In this document: in pieces, positions 9,321 through 19,184 of the stretch
How positions within the stretch are numbered: position 1 is the stretch's first letter
Layout: each line of letters starts with the position of its first letter
From: an uncultured Tissierellia bacterium
GTDB lineage: Bacteria > Bacillota > Clostridia > Tissierellales > Peptoniphilaceae
Length of the DNA: 24,000 nt
Direction: 5' to 3'
Assembly: GCA_902489145.1 (NCBI GenBank)
Contig: CABTYV010000009.1
Coordinates: 9,743-33,742, forward strand
Notes under the pieces: generated by a model
Told to the model about the DNA's origin: nothing
Database searches by the model: none
What the model saw: only the letters and a program-made list of their open reading frames with translations
Translations under genes and position numbers: made by a program

Positions 9321-9329
9321 GCGGATGGC

Positions 9330-9367
9330 AAAGAGTAATTTCGATCATGAGATTACTCTTTTTCTTT
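9330..9367 (+). terminator. Intrinsic terminator after rpsT
   Basis: Perfect 10-bp stem AAAGAGTAAT (9330-9339) / ATTACTCTTT (9352-9361), followed by TTTCTTT. Confidence 0.85.
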
Positions 9368-9522
9368 GCCTTTTTTTGAACTAGAGACAAAATGGCCCGT
9401 CTCGAGGGGCCCCCTGTGTTATACTTTGGAGAGAAATGGGCGGTCTCGCAGGTGGAGGGGATCGACATTTAGAAATAGATTGGCGGGGAACCATCCCCGA
9501 TAGGATAGAGAAGGTGATAAAG

Positions 9523-10581
9523 ATGAGAGGCTATGAGTTTGACCGAGAGGATGATCTTTCCAAGACCAAACCTTTTCGCCCCCTTCGGGACCTGGAGCGT
9601 TCGCAGCGGCGTTTTTCTACTGATGAACCTTCCAAGATGATGCAGGGAAGCGCAAAATGTAAACCAGAGCCAGCGCTACGGGATATGGAGCCGGAGGAGC
9701 AGGCATCGGCGCTTCAAAAAGGGGAGAAGGCGGTAGATGTCGCGCCGGCGAAGCGCAACCGGATTGACTACCGAGGCGCGATTATTGAGGATTTTGAAGA
9801 GGATGAAGAAAACCGAGCGCCCTCTTTTGAAGGAGCGGAAGCAGGTGAACAGCCATTCGATGTAGCACAAGTAGAGGAAGCGACAGCAGCTTCTGATCCA
9901 ATACCGCAGGAGCCGGAGGAAGTGGAGGCGTATACGCTTTCGCAGGCAGGTGCCGAGGAAAGCGTTAAAGAAGCGCCGGAGGAGACCGGCTTTGTAGAGA
10001 CCGGCACCGAAGAGACCGGCGCCGAAGCATCAGACGCCCCCCTCCCTACTAAGAGCGGTTCCTTCTGGTCCGGGGTGCGGGACTGGGTACTCCCCCTGGT
10101 CATTGCAGTTGCCCTGGCCCTGGTGATTCGGATGTTTATCGGAGGTCCCACTACGGTGAAGGGGGAGTCGATGGAATCCACCCTCCACAATGGCGATATC
10201 CTGTTAGTATCTAAAATTCCAACCTATTCCAAGAAATTTCGCAGGGCGGATATCATTATCATGGATAGTCCCAGCCATGTAGGCGAGTTTTACGTCAAGC
10301 GGATTATTGGGCTGCCTGGTGAGCAGGTGGAGATCAAGGAAGGGCATGTTTTTATCAACAACAAGCTGATGAAGGAATACTATATTCGGGATTTGCCGAC
10401 GACCACTTATCAGGATAACCTGTGGCGCCTGAAGGATAACGAGTATTTTGTCCTGGGCGATAACCGAGAGCCCAACGCCTCCTCAGACTCCCGAAGCTTT
10501 GGCCCGGTTCCGCAAGAAAAAATCGAAGGGGTGGCCCGTTTTCGGATTTTCCCCCTGAGTCGCTTGGCCAGCTTCTATTGA
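9523..10581 (+). CDS. lepB: Signal peptidase I (S26A) with a long acidic N-terminal cytoplasmic extension
   Basis: The start is placed at ATG 9523 (GAAGGTG upstream); the ORF is open from 9436. The TM anchor is WVLPLVIAVALALVIRMFI. The catalytic boxes are VKGESMESTLHNGD (Ser), YVKRIIGLPGE (Lys) and GDNREPNASSDSRSFGPV. The roughly 190 residues before the TM are rich in Glu, Asp, Ala and Pro. Confidence 0.85.
   Translation: MRGYEFDREDDLSKTKPFRPLRDLERSQRRFSTDEPSKMMQGSAKCKPEPALRDMEPEEQASALQKGEKAVDVAPAKRNRIDYRGAIIEDFEEDEENRAPSFEGAEAGEQPFDVAQVEEATAASDPIPQEPEEVEAYTLSQAGAEESVKEAPEETGFVETGTEETGAEASDAPLPTKSGSFWSGVRDWVLPLVIAVALALVIRMFIGGPTTVKGESMESTLHNGDILLVSKIPTYSKKFRRADIIIMDSPSHVGEFYVKRIIGLPGEQVEIKEGHVFINNKLMKEYYIRDLPTTTYQDNLWRLKDNEYFVLGDNREPNASSDSRSFGPVPQEKIEGVARFRIFPLSRLASFY
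9983..10027 (+). repeat. In-frame 15-bp tandem repeat, 3 copies (ETGxx pentapeptides), inside the lepB extension
   Basis: The copies are GAGACCGGCTTTGTA (9983-9997), GAGACCGGCACCGAA (9998-10012) and GAGACCGGCGCCGAA (10013-10027). They encode ETGFV, ETGTE and ETGAE. Confidence 0.9.
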
Positions 10582-10599
10582 TGCGGGGTGGATGTTACC

Positions 10600-11145
10600 A
10601 TGCAGGCACCGATTCAAAAAGACAATAAGAAGAAGCCCTTTCGCCTGCGCGATGGGGTACGAATTTTCGCCCTCGCCTTGGTAGCGGCTTTTTTGCTGAC
10701 CCAATTTGTGGTCAATTCTACCCTGGTGGAGGGCTCTTCCATGGCCAATACCCTTCACTCCGGCGACCGGCTGATCGTTTTTAAGTTGGGCAGCCGGATT
10801 GACCAGCTCACACGGGGGGATATTGTGGTTTTTCGGGCGCCGGAGGAAGAAAAATTTTATATTAAGCGCGTGATTGCCTTTCCAAATGAGTTCGTCCAGA
10901 TCGAGGACGGCCTGGTCTATATTAACGGCCTTCGCCTGGAGGAAAGCTATATTTCCACCTCCTATACCCACACTTCAGGCCCGAAGGAATGGTATCTCCA
11001 CGAAGGGGAGGTGTTTGTGCTGGGAGATAACCGACAAAAGGGGGCTTCGCGTGATTCGCGTGTCTTTGGCCCGATTCAGGCGAATCGGATTGAAGGCCAT
11101 GCCGTGTTTCGCTATTTTCCTTTAGACCAGATGGGAGGCCTATAG
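10600..11145 (+). CDS. lepB: Signal peptidase I (S26A), second tandem paralog of ordinary length
   Basis: ATG 10600 with GGGGTGGA at 10585-10592; GTG 10588 is an alternative. The TM is [17 protein letters not shown]. The boxes are [25 protein letters not shown] and [18 protein letters not shown]. Confidence 0.9.
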   Translation: MQAPIQKDNKKKPFRLRDGVRIFALALVAAFLLTQFVVNSTLVEGSSMANTLHSGDRLIVFKLGSRIDQLTRGDIVVFRAPEEEKFYIKRVIAFPNEFVQIEDGLVYINGLRLEESYISTSYTHTSGPKEWYLHEGEVFVLGDNRQKGASRDSRVFGPIQANRIEGHAVFRYFPLDQMGGL

Positions 11146-11147
11146 CT

Positions 11148-12965
11148 ATGACGAGGACTTATACAACGGATCAGATCCGTAATTTTTGCATTATTGCCCA
11201 TATTGACCACGGAAAATCGACCCTGGCCGACCGCCTGATTGAAAAGACGGGGGCCGTTTCTCAGAGAAAGATGACCAACCAGCACTTGGACTCTATGGAG
11301 TTAGAGAAGGAAAAGGGCATCACGATTAAGTTAAAGGCGGTGAAGCTCTTTTACCAGGCTCAGGATGGACAGGGCTATGTGCTCAATCTGATCGATACGC
11401 CGGGCCATGTGGACTTCAACTATGAGGTTTCCCGGTCCCTGGCGGCTTGTGAGGGGGCCATTTTAATTGTGGATGCCTCCCAGGGGGTGGAAGCGCAGAC
11501 GGTGGGCAACACCTATCTCGCCCTGGAGGAGGACCTGGAAATTTTGCCTGTGATCAATAAAATTGACCTGCCTGGGGCGGATGTAGATTTCGCGCGCAGG
11601 GAGATTGAAGAGGTCTTGGGTATGGAGGCAGAGGATGCTCCGGCCATTTCAGCGAAAAACGGCATCAATATCGATTCCGTTCTGGAATATATCGTCCGTG
11701 GGGTGCCTGCGCCGCAGGGCCACCCGGAGGGACCGCTCAAAGCCCTCATCTTTGACTCCTACTACGATCCTTATCGGGGGGTCGTCCTTTTCGTGCGTGT
11801 GATCGATGGATCCATCCGAGCAGGGAGCCAGATCCAGCTCATGGCGACCGGAAAAGAGTATGGGGTCGACGAGGTAGGCTACGTTTCGGAGGAGCATGTC
11901 CCCTGCGACTGCCTGATCACCGGGGATGTAGGGTATATCACGGGGTCGATCAAAAATGTGGGCGATGCGCGCGTGGGCGATACGATCACGGAGGCCGCCC
12001 GACCCGCCAAAGAGGCCTTGCCAGGCTATAAAAAAGTGATGCCCATGGTCTATGCCGGCATTTACCCGACCGAAAACGAATCGGTCAATTCGATCCGCGA
12101 AGCCCTGGAAAAGCTTCAGGTCAATGATGCGGCTCTGACTTTTGAAAAGGAAACTTCTATTGCCTTGGGCTTTGGCTTCCGCTGCGGGTTCCTGGGCATG
12201 CTCCATATGGAAATCATTCAGGAGCGTTTGATTCGGGAATTTGATCTCGACATGATTGTGACCGCCCCTTCGGTCATTTACCAGGTGAGCCTGCACGATG
12301 GACGGACCCTCTCCATTCAAAATCCAGCAGATTTCCCCGATCCAACCCTGATCGCCTCGGTGCGGGAGCCCATCGTTCAGGCCTCCATCATGACGCCGAA
12401 GGACTATATTGGGGCCATCATGGAGCTTTGCGAGGAAAAGAGAGGCATTTATAAAACGATGGAATACCTCGATGAGCGTCGGCTGACCATCCACTATGAG
12501 CTTCCGCTCAATGAGGTGATTTATGACTTTTTCGATGCCTTAAAATCACGCACCCGGGGCTTTGCTTCTTTGGATTATGAGTTTAAGGAATATCGCACTT
12601 CAGATCTCGTGAAGCTGGACATCCTGGTCAATGAACAGCTCGTCGATGCCCTGTCCTTGATTGTCCACCGATCCACGGCCTACGATCGGGGCCGGACCAT
12701 CTGCGAACGGCTGAAAAAAGAGATCCCCCGCCATCAGTTCGCCGTGCCGATCCAGGCGGCCATTGGCGGCAAGATCATTGCCCGGGAAACGGTCTCTGCG
12801 ATGCGAAAGGACGTGATCGCCAAATGCTACGGGGGCGATATTTCTCGAAAAAAGAAGCTATTGGAAAAGCAAAAGGAGGGCAAGAAGAGGATGCGACAGA
12901 TCGGCAGCGTGTCAGTTCCCCAATCTGCTTTCCTTTCGGTGCTGAAATATGAGGAAGAAGAATAA
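11148..12965 (+). CDS. lepA: Translation elongation factor 4 (LepA)
   Basis: 605 aa. The GTPase motifs are [19 protein letters not shown] and NKIDL. The characteristic C-terminal domain includes ...[46 protein letters not shown]. Confidence 0.98.
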   Translation: MTRTYTTDQIRNFCIIAHIDHGKSTLADRLIEKTGAVSQRKMTNQHLDSMELEKEKGITIKLKAVKLFYQAQDGQGYVLNLIDTPGHVDFNYEVSRSLAACEGAILIVDASQGVEAQTVGNTYLALEEDLEILPVINKIDLPGADVDFARREIEEVLGMEAEDAPAISAKNGINIDSVLEYIVRGVPAPQGHPEGPLKALIFDSYYDPYRGVVLFVRVIDGSIRAGSQIQLMATGKEYGVDEVGYVSEEHVPCDCLITGDVGYITGSIKNVGDARVGDTITEAARPAKEALPGYKKVMPMVYAGIYPTENESVNSIREALEKLQVNDAALTFEKETSIALGFGFRCGFLGMLHMEIIQERLIREFDLDMIVTAPSVIYQVSLHDGRTLSIQNPADFPDPTLIASVREPIVQASIMTPKDYIGAIMELCEEKRGIYKTMEYLDERRLTIHYELPLNEVIYDFFDALKSRTRGFASLDYEFKEYRTSDLVKLDILVNEQLVDALSLIVHRSTAYDRGRTICERLKKEIPRHQFAVPIQAAIGGKIIARETVSAMRKDVIAKCYGGDISRKKKLLEKQKEGKKRMRQIGSVSVPQSAFLSVLKYEEEE

Positions 12966-14160
12966 GGTGCGTTTGGACAAGCACCACGGGCCTTCGGAAG
13001 CACTTGGCCTTTATCTGCACATTCCCTTTTGTCAGGAACGCTGTCATTACTGCGACTTTCTCACCTTTCCCCATATTGAGCGATACCATGAGCCCTACGT
13101 GCAGGCCCTTTTGAAGGAGATTGCCCTGGTTGGCCAGGGACAAAGGGTTGACAGCATTTATATTGGCGGAGGGACGCCGAGCTTGCTTGGAAAAGATCAA
13201 TTTGATCGCATTTTTCAGGCCCTCTTGACCCATTTTTCCTGGCAGGGCGGGGAATGGACCCTGGAGGCCAATCCAGGTAGCTTGACAGAGGACAAATTAG
13301 AGGCCCTGGCGCAGGCTGGGGTCAATCGTCTTTCTTTGGGCGTCCAGACGATGTCGGACGCTCTTTTACAGGTTTGTGGGCGCACCCACCAGGCCCAAAC
13401 CGTGGAGACGGATCTGAAGCGGATCCGCGCTGTGGCACCTTTTGATTTAAACTTAGATTTTATTTTTGCCATTCCCGGTCAAAAGCTTTCGGATATCGAC
13501 CGGGATTTGGCAGCGATTGAGCGATTTCAGCCGGGCCACATTTCCTGGTATAACTTAATCCTGGAGGAGCGGACGCTTTTTTCCTATTGGCTGGCAAAGG
13601 GGCGGATCCAGAAGGCGAGTGAGGATGAGGAGCTCGCTTTGATGGAACGCGCCTACCAGGGCCTGGAAGACCTGGGCTATCAGCGTTATGAAATCTCCAA
13701 TTTTGCCAGGCCGGGTAAGGCTTCCCGTCATAACTTAAAATATTGGACGGGTCGGGACTATTTGGGCCTGGGCTTGGGCGCGGCCTCCTATGTGGACCAT
13801 AAGCGTTTTCATAATACATCGCATTTTTTTACCTACCTGCACGACCTGGACCAGGGTCTGCTGCCAAGAATTTGGGAACAGCGCAGCCGGGAGGAGGACC
13901 TTTTCGAGGCACTCATGATGGGCTTCCGGAAGCTCGATGGCATTGACCGGCGGGATTTTTTGGCGCGTTTTGGGGAAGATCCCATGCAAAGGGCCCCCCA
14001 ATTTTTTGAGTCAGAAAGAAGGGCCGGACGCCTGGCTTGGACCGACCGGCGTGTGTATCTCACCACGACCGGCTTACAGCTACAAAATGTTTTTCTTTTA
14101 GGCCTATTAGATTTCTATTCCTCCTCCAGCCAATCGCCTGGGGAGGATTTATTTTCTTAA
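12949..14160 (+). CDS. hemW: Radical SAM heme chaperone HemW (HemN-like, coproporphyrinogen III oxidase family)
   Basis: [17 protein letters not shown] carries the CxxxCxxC cluster. GGGTPS and HNLKYW motifs are present. The position after lepA matches B. subtilis. ATG 12949 overlaps the lepA end by 17 nt. Confidence 0.9.
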   Translation: MRKKNKVRLDKHHGPSEALGLYLHIPFCQERCHYCDFLTFPHIERYHEPYVQALLKEIALVGQGQRVDSIYIGGGTPSLLGKDQFDRIFQALLTHFSWQGGEWTLEANPGSLTEDKLEALAQAGVNRLSLGVQTMSDALLQVCGRTHQAQTVETDLKRIRAVAPFDLNLDFIFAIPGQKLSDIDRDLAAIERFQPGHISWYNLILEERTLFSYWLAKGRIQKASEDEELALMERAYQGLEDLGYQRYEISNFARPGKASRHNLKYWTGRDYLGLGLGAASYVDHKRFHNTSHFFTYLHDLDQGLLPRIWEQRSREEDLFEALMMGFRKLDGIDRRDFLARFGEDPMQRAPQFFESERRAGRLAWTDRRVYLTTTGLQLQNVFLLGLLDFYSSSSQSPGEDLFS

Positions 14161-14161
14161 A

Positions 14162-14188
14162 TTAGCACTCTAGATAAATAACTGCTAA
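14162..14188 (+). promoter_or_regulatory. Degenerate CIRCE-like element upstream of the hrcA promoter
   Basis: TTAGCACTC-N9-AACTGCTAA. The left arm is perfect and the right arm matches the consensus GAGTGCTAA at 7/9. It starts 1 nt after the hemW stop. Confidence 0.5.
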
Positions 14189-14194
14189 AATTTC

Positions 14195-14223
14195 TTGACA
14201 AAGGAGGGTCATCCCTTTATACT
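14195..14223 (+). promoter_or_regulatory. Sigma-A promoter of the hrcA-grpE-dnaK operon
   Basis: Consensus TTGACA (14195-14200), a 17-nt spacer, then TATACT (14218-14223). Confidence 0.7.
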
Positions 14224-14227
14224 GATA

Positions 14228-14254
14228 TTAGCACTCAGGGAAGTAGAGTGATAA
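14228..14254 (+). promoter_or_regulatory. CIRCE operator (HrcA binding site) of the hrcA operon
   Basis: TTAGCACTC-N9-GAGTGATAA, starting 5 nt after the -10. Both arms are identical to the groES CIRCE. Confidence 0.9.
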
Positions 14255-14316
14255 ATCAAAACCATCTCGCCCGATAGCGCATGCAGGCGAGCACAAGGGG
14301 AAGGGAGCTGGAATAG

Positions 14317-15336
14317 ATGAATGAGCGCAAATATTTTATTTTAGCCGCTATTCTCAAGTCTTATCTGGAGGCAAAAGAGCCTCTGGGTTCCAGGACCCTG
14401 AAACGACTTTATAATATGGATGTTTCGGCGGCTACCATTCGAAATGAAATGAGCGATTTGGAGCTGATGGGTTATTTGGAAAAAACGCACGTATCCTCCG
14501 GTCGTGTTCCTTCTCAAAAGGCCTACCGCTGGTACGTCAACTCCTTAATGGAGCGGGGCCTGCCCAGGGAGCATGTGCCTCAGCTGGCAGATCGTCGGAT
14601 ATTAAGCCAGACCAATGACCCGAAAGACATTCTCCAAACGGCGCTCAGCCTCCTGAGCGATATTACAGGCATGACCGCTTTAGTCTACCTGCCCAGTCGA
14701 GAACAGGATATTTTGGAAAAATTGCGCTTCATTCCCTTATCCAACCATGAGCTCTTTCTGGTCATGGTTTTTGGGTCCAAGTTTGTTCAGACTGAACGCA
14801 TTCATCTGCGAGGGACCTATCCAATGGAGCGATTTCACCGCAGCGAGGAGATTCTCTCCGCCCTTTTGGAGGGGAAAAAGCTTTCGGAGATGAATGCTTA
14901 TTTTAAAAGCGGGATTTTTTCCGGGCAATACGTATCCGGCAACCTCATGAGCGAGCTCATTCCCATCATTCGGGAAAGATTGGACCAGCAGCAGCGGGCA
15001 CGCCTGAAGTTCGAGGGGCTGTTTAAATTGCTCAAGCGGCAGGAACGCAGTATAGAAGAAGCGATGGCTTTGATTTACAAGCTGCAAAATGATCCCGGCC
15101 TCTATGATTTTCTTCCCCATCTGCAGACGGACCGCTCCATGCAGGTGTTTATCGGGGAAGAAAACGAAGTGAAGTGGCTACGGGACTTTAGTCTGATTTT
15201 GGTACCCTACCGGGTCCAGGGCAATTTCATCGGTCAATTGGGCGTTATTGGCCCTGTGGGCATGGATTATCCAGTGATTATGCGGGATATCGCAAGGATT
15301 GGCCGGTATATCAATAGCATGACACTCAGAGAGTAG
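14317..15336 (+). CDS. hrcA: Heat-inducible transcription repressor HrcA
   Basis: 339 aa. The N-terminal wHTH GSRTLKRLYNMDVSAATIRNEMSDLELMGYLEKTHVSSGRVPS and the C-terminal GVIGPVGMDYPVIM are typical. The position ahead of grpE-dnaK also fits. Confidence 0.97.
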   Translation: MNERKYFILAAILKSYLEAKEPLGSRTLKRLYNMDVSAATIRNEMSDLELMGYLEKTHVSSGRVPSQKAYRWYVNSLMERGLPREHVPQLADRRILSQTNDPKDILQTALSLLSDITGMTALVYLPSREQDILEKLRFIPLSNHELFLVMVFGSKFVQTERIHLRGTYPMERFHRSEEILSALLEGKKLSEMNAYFKSGIFSGQYVSGNLMSELIPIIRERLDQQQRARLKFEGLFKLLKRQERSIEEAMALIYKLQNDPGLYDFLPHLQTDRSMQVFIGEENEVKWLRDFSLILVPYRVQGNFIGQLGVIGPVGMDYPVIMRDIARIGRYINSMTLRE

Positions 15337-15360
15337 ACGTATTTTGGAAAGGAGGCCCTT

Positions 15361-15978
15361 GTGGCAGAGCAGAAGGAAAGAAAAAAGGTGCCGATAGAGG
15401 AGATGGAAAAGGAGTCCGATTGTGCTTCTTCTGAGCACCAGCAGGAGAAAAAAGAGAAAGACGACTTTGAAACGATTGAGGCAGAATTGGTGGAGGAAGC
15501 GGAGGAAGACCAAGAGGGCAAGCAGGAAGTAGCGAAAAAGAAAGAGGCACCCTCTGAGCCGGCCGCCATCAGTTCGGAACAGGATCGCCTCTTGCGGCTT
15601 CAGGCGGATTTCGCCAACTACAAGCGGCGAGCGGAAAAGGACCGACAGGACACCATCAAATATGCCAATGAAAAATTGTTGTTAGAGCTGATTGAGGTGG
15701 TCGATAATTTCCATTTGGCATTGGAAAGCGAAAAGGAAGAGGATGCCTTTTATAAGGGGATGACGCTGATTTTCAGCCAGCTTCAGAAGGTCCTGACCGA
15801 TCATGGCGTAGAAGAGATCGCATCGGATGGAGCCGCTTTTGACCCCAATTTCCACGATGCCGTACTCAGCGAGCCAAGCGAGGAGGTCCCTTCCGGTCAT
15901 GTGATCGCCACGATGCGGCGCGGTTATACCCTAAACGGTCGCCTGATTCGCCCAGCGATGGTGAAGGTGGCCCAGTAG
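15361..15978 (+). CDS. grpE: Nucleotide exchange factor GrpE
   Basis: GTG start with AAGGAGG 5 nt upstream. An acidic N-terminus is followed by LLRLQADFANYKRRAEKD...GYTLNGRLIRPAMVKV. Confidence 0.95.
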   Translation: MAEQKERKKVPIEEMEKESDCASSEHQQEKKEKDDFETIEAELVEEAEEDQEGKQEVAKKKEAPSEPAAISSEQDRLLRLQADFANYKRRAEKDRQDTIKYANEKLLLELIEVVDNFHLALESEKEEDAFYKGMTLIFSQLQKVLTDHGVEEIASDGAAFDPNFHDAVLSEPSEEVPSGHVIATMRRGYTLNGRLIRPAMVKVAQ

Positions 15979-16077
15979 AGCGGATTAAACGATAGAACCA
16001 GTAGATGCAAGTAGTTTTTCTGCATCCATTGTGATGGAAGAATCAAATAGGGAAGGATCAAATAAGGAGGTTTTACA

Positions 16078-17913
16078 ATGAGTAAGATTATTGGTATTGA
16101 TTTAGGCACGACCAACTCGGCTGTTGCTGTAATGGAGGGTGGCTCTGCATCGATTATTCCGAATGCGGAAGGCAATCGCACCACCCCGTCGATCGTCGCT
16201 TTTTCAAAGGATGGGGAGCGTTTGGTGGGAGAGACGGCCAAGCGTCAGGCCATCATGAACCCGGACCGGACCGTAGCCTCGATTAAGCGCGATATGGGGT
16301 CGGAGAAAAAGGTTACGATTGATGGCAAGGCCTATTCACCAGAAGAAATTTCGGCCATGATTTTGCAGAAATTGAAGGCGGATACGGAAGCCTATTTAGG
16401 TGAGCCGGTGAAGGAAGCGGTCATTACTGTCCCTGCCTACTTTACAGACGCCCAACGGCAGGCGACCAAGGATGCCGGACGGATTGCCGGCCTTGAGGTC
16501 AAGCGGATCATCAACGAGCCGACGGCTGCCGCACTGGCCTACGGGGCAGACAAGGAAACGGATCAGTCCAAAATCATGGTCTACGATTTGGGCGGTGGCA
16601 CCTTCGATGTTTCCGTTCTTGAGGTAGGCGATGGTGTGTTCGAAGTTTTGGCCACACGGGGCAACAACCGCCTGGGCGGCGATGACTTCGACTGGAAATT
16701 GATGAATTATATCAATGATGATTTCAAGAAGGAGCACGGGGTGGACCTGCTCAAGGATCCAACCAGCGAGCAGCGTTTAAAGGATGCGGCTGAAAAAGCG
16801 AAGAAGGAGCTTTCCTCCTCCATGACCACCAACATCAACCTGCCCTTCATCACGGCTGTGAGTGGCCAACCGGTCCACTTGAATATGGATCTTTCTCGTG
16901 CTAAGTTTGATGAATTGACCAGGGATTTGGTCAAGAAGACCGAACAACCGGTGATCGATGCCTTAAAGGATGCAGGCATCTCCGCTTCCGACCTGAACAA
17001 GGTGCTGCTGGTGGGTGGCTCTACCCGGATCCCGGCGGTCCAGGAGTCGGTGAAACGGCTGACCGGCAAGGATCCCCAAAAAGACATCAACCCTGATGAG
17101 TGCGTCGCTTTGGGCGCAGCCATCCAGGGCGGCGTATTAACCGGTGAAGTGAAGGATCTCCTGCTTTTGGATGTGACGCCTCTGAGCCTTGGCTTGGAGA
17201 CCTTGGGCGGGGTGATGACGGTTCTGATTCCTCGAAACACCACCATCCCGACTAAGAAGAGCCAGGTCTTTACGACCGCGGCGGACAACCAGACCTCGGT
17301 CGATATCCATGTGCTGCAGGGCGAGCGTGAGTTTGCCAACGACAACACGACCCTGGGTCGCTTCCAGCTCTCAGGCATTCCACCGGCACAAAGAGGCATC
17401 CCCAAGATCGAGGTCACCTTTGATATTGATGCCAACGGGATTGTCAATGTATCGGCGAAGGATCAGGGGACGGGCAAGGAACAGAAGATTACCATTACCT
17501 CTTCGACCAATTTAAGCGAAGAGGAGATCGATCGCCGCGTCAAGGAAGCCGAACAGTTTGAGCAGGAGGACCGGAAGCGCAAGGAAGGCGTTGAAGCCAA
17601 AAACCAGGCGGAGTCCTTGATCTATCAGACGGAAAACACCTTGAAGGAGCTGGGCGATAAGGTCAGCGAGGATGAGAAAAAACGGGTGGAGGATCTGATC
17701 GCGCAATTGAAGACGGCGAAGGAAGGCGATCAGGTGGAGGAAATAAAGTCGAAGAGCGATGCCCTGTTAAATGAGCTGAACAGCCTCTCCCAGAAGCTCT
17801 ACCAGCAGGCTGGCGGAGCGACTCAGGAGAGCACTGCAGGCCAGACGTCTGCAAAAGACGGCGACGATGTGGTCGATGCGGACTATGAAGTGGTCGATGA
17901 CGACGAGGAATAA
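16078..17913 (+). CDS. dnaK: Molecular chaperone DnaK (Hsp70)
   Basis: 611 aa, with SD AAGGAGG upstream. Hsp70 signatures are present: [41 protein letters not shown]. Confidence 0.99.
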   Translation: MSKIIGIDLGTTNSAVAVMEGGSASIIPNAEGNRTTPSIVAFSKDGERLVGETAKRQAIMNPDRTVASIKRDMGSEKKVTIDGKAYSPEEISAMILQKLKADTEAYLGEPVKEAVITVPAYFTDAQRQATKDAGRIAGLEVKRIINEPTAAALAYGADKETDQSKIMVYDLGGGTFDVSVLEVGDGVFEVLATRGNNRLGGDDFDWKLMNYINDDFKKEHGVDLLKDPTSEQRLKDAAEKAKKELSSSMTTNINLPFITAVSGQPVHLNMDLSRAKFDELTRDLVKKTEQPVIDALKDAGISASDLNKVLLVGGSTRIPAVQESVKRLTGKDPQKDINPDECVALGAAIQGGVLTGEVKDLLLLDVTPLSLGLETLGGVMTVLIPRNTTIPTKKSQVFTTAADNQTSVDIHVLQGEREFANDNTTLGRFQLSGIPPAQRGIPKIEVTFDIDANGIVNVSAKDQGTGKEQKITITSSTNLSEEEIDRRVKEAEQFEQEDRKRKEGVEAKNQAESLIYQTENTLKELGDKVSEDEKKRVEDLIAQLKTAKEGDQVEEIKSKSDALLNELNSLSQKLYQQAGGATQESTAGQTSAKDGDDVVDADYEVVDDDEE

Positions 17914-17951
17914 TCGGTCCGCTCAGGTCCCTGGGCTGTAGAGGATGAGGG

Positions 17952-17982
17952 AAGACCGGAGCTTTATGCTTCGGTCTTTTTC
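17952..17982 (+). terminator. Intrinsic terminator after dnaK
   Basis: Stem AAGACCGGAGC (17952-17962) / GCTTCGGTCTT (17968-17978), 11 bp with one G-U pair and a 5-nt loop, followed by a T-run. Confidence 0.8.
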
Positions 17983-17990
17983 TCGTCTGC

Positions 17991-18019
17991 TTGTCGGAAG
18001 GGGATGGATCCCTTATAAT
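17991..18019 (+). promoter_or_regulatory. Internal sigma-A promoter for dnaJ and downstream genes
   Basis: TTGTCG (17991-17996), a 17-nt spacer, then consensus TATAAT (18014-18019). Confidence 0.6.
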
Positions 18020-18052
18020 GAACCAATATGATTTTTTGAAAGGAGTGCTCGC

Positions 18053-19183
18053 TTGAAAGATCCCTACCAGGTGCTGGGTGTGGAGGTGCACGCCAGCAAG
18101 ACAGAAATTAAGAAAGCCTACCGCAGCCGAGCCAAAAAATACCATCCCGACTTGAATCCGGGTAATGAAGAAGCGGCTGAAAAATTTAAAGAACTCTCCT
18201 CCGCCTATGACATTCTCCAGGACGACGAAAAAAGAGCCCTTTATGATCGCTATGGGGCAGCCGCATTTGAAAATGGCGGCCCCGGTCAATCAAGCGGCTT
18301 TGGTGGGTTCGGCTTTGATCCCAACGACATCTTTGGAGACCTTTTCTCCGACTTGTTTGGCCGAGGGGGGCAGAGTGCAAGACGAAATCCCAATGCGCCA
18401 CAGGTTGGGGAGGATATCCGCGTGGAGGTCCGGCTGAGCTTTCGGGAAGCCTGTTTTGGCACCACCAAAACCATCCGGATCAAGCGCTACCGCACGTGTG
18501 ATGACTGTCACGGAAACGGCGCAGCGTCGGGGAGTGAAAAAAGAACCTGTCCCCAGTGTCACGGCAGCGGGGTCAGCAATCAGGAGGTGCGTACGCCCTT
18601 TGGCCGGATGATCAATCAGACCACCTGTCCCCGTTGCCATGGGGATGGTTATTTAATTGATCGTCCCTGTCCGTCCTGTCATGGGGAAGGACGATTGCTC
18701 AAGGAAGCCTCGCTCAAGCTTACGGTACCAGCGGGGGTGGATGACGGAAATATCCTGCCCCTCCGCGGGGAAGGGCATCAGGGGATCAATGGAGGCGCTG
18801 CGGGCGACGTCTATGTGATCTTTAGCGTGACGGCCTCCGATCTCTTTAAACGCTCCGGGTCCGACCTGTATTTGGACCTGCCCATCTCCTTTGCCCAGGC
18901 GGCGCTCGGAGACCAGATTGAGGTGCCCTGCCTGGAAGGAAAGAAGACCTTTGATCTCCCTAAGGGGACCCAGACCGGCGCCGAATTTATCTTGCCGGGG
19001 GAGGGAGTGGTCCATGTGCGCTCGGGTAAAAAGGGCGACCTGTATTTTCGCGTGCACATTCAAACGCCCACCCATCTCAATCGAGCGCAGGAGGAAGCCC
19101 TTCGCGCCTTCCAAACGAGCATGGGGGAGGCGAGTGAAGCACAGGAAAGCTTTTGGGATAAAGTAAAGGACTTCTTTGACTGA
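18053..19183 (+). CDS. dnaJ: Co-chaperone DnaJ (Hsp40, type I)
   Basis: TTG start with AAAGGAG 7 nt upstream. The J domain carries [11 protein letters not shown]-rich linker is followed by four CxxCxGxG zinc motifs ([32 protein letters not shown]). Confidence 0.97.
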   Translation: MKDPYQVLGVEVHASKTEIKKAYRSRAKKYHPDLNPGNEEAAEKFKELSSAYDILQDDEKRALYDRYGAAAFENGGPGQSSGFGGFGFDPNDIFGDLFSDLFGRGGQSARRNPNAPQVGEDIRVEVRLSFREACFGTTKTIRIKRYRTCDDCHGNGAASGSEKRTCPQCHGSGVSNQEVRTPFGRMINQTTCPRCHGDGYLIDRPCPSCHGEGRLLKEASLKLTVPAGVDDGNILPLRGEGHQGINGGAAGDVYVIFSVTASDLFKRSGSDLYLDLPISFAQAALGDQIEVPCLEGKKTFDLPKGTQTGAEFILPGEGVVHVRSGKKGDLYFRVHIQTPTHLNRAQEEALRAFQTSMGEASEAQESFWDKVKDFFD

Positions 19184-19184
19184 T

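Noticed and set aside
9457-9499. Competing pairings in the lepB leader: GGGGAT at 9457-9462 or CGGGGA at 9484-9489, against ATCCCCG at 9493-9499. This resembles an antiterminator layout.
   Set aside because: The stems are only 6 bp, no T-run follows, and the SD is not sequestered. This is indistinguishable from chance.
11649-12494. 281-aa ORF antisense to lepA. Similar long antisense ORFs occur at 16707-17447 (dnaK), 17663-18289 (dnaK end to dnaJ start), 20150-20761 (mtaB), 5804-6400 (phosphoesterase) and 9768-10190 (lepB extension).
   Set aside because: These are shadow ORFs opposite strongly supported, conserved genes in GC-rich coding sequence. Their translations are low-complexity (Arg/Gly/Pro/Ser-rich) with no SD or recognisable motif. 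One crosses an intergenic terminator and promoter region.
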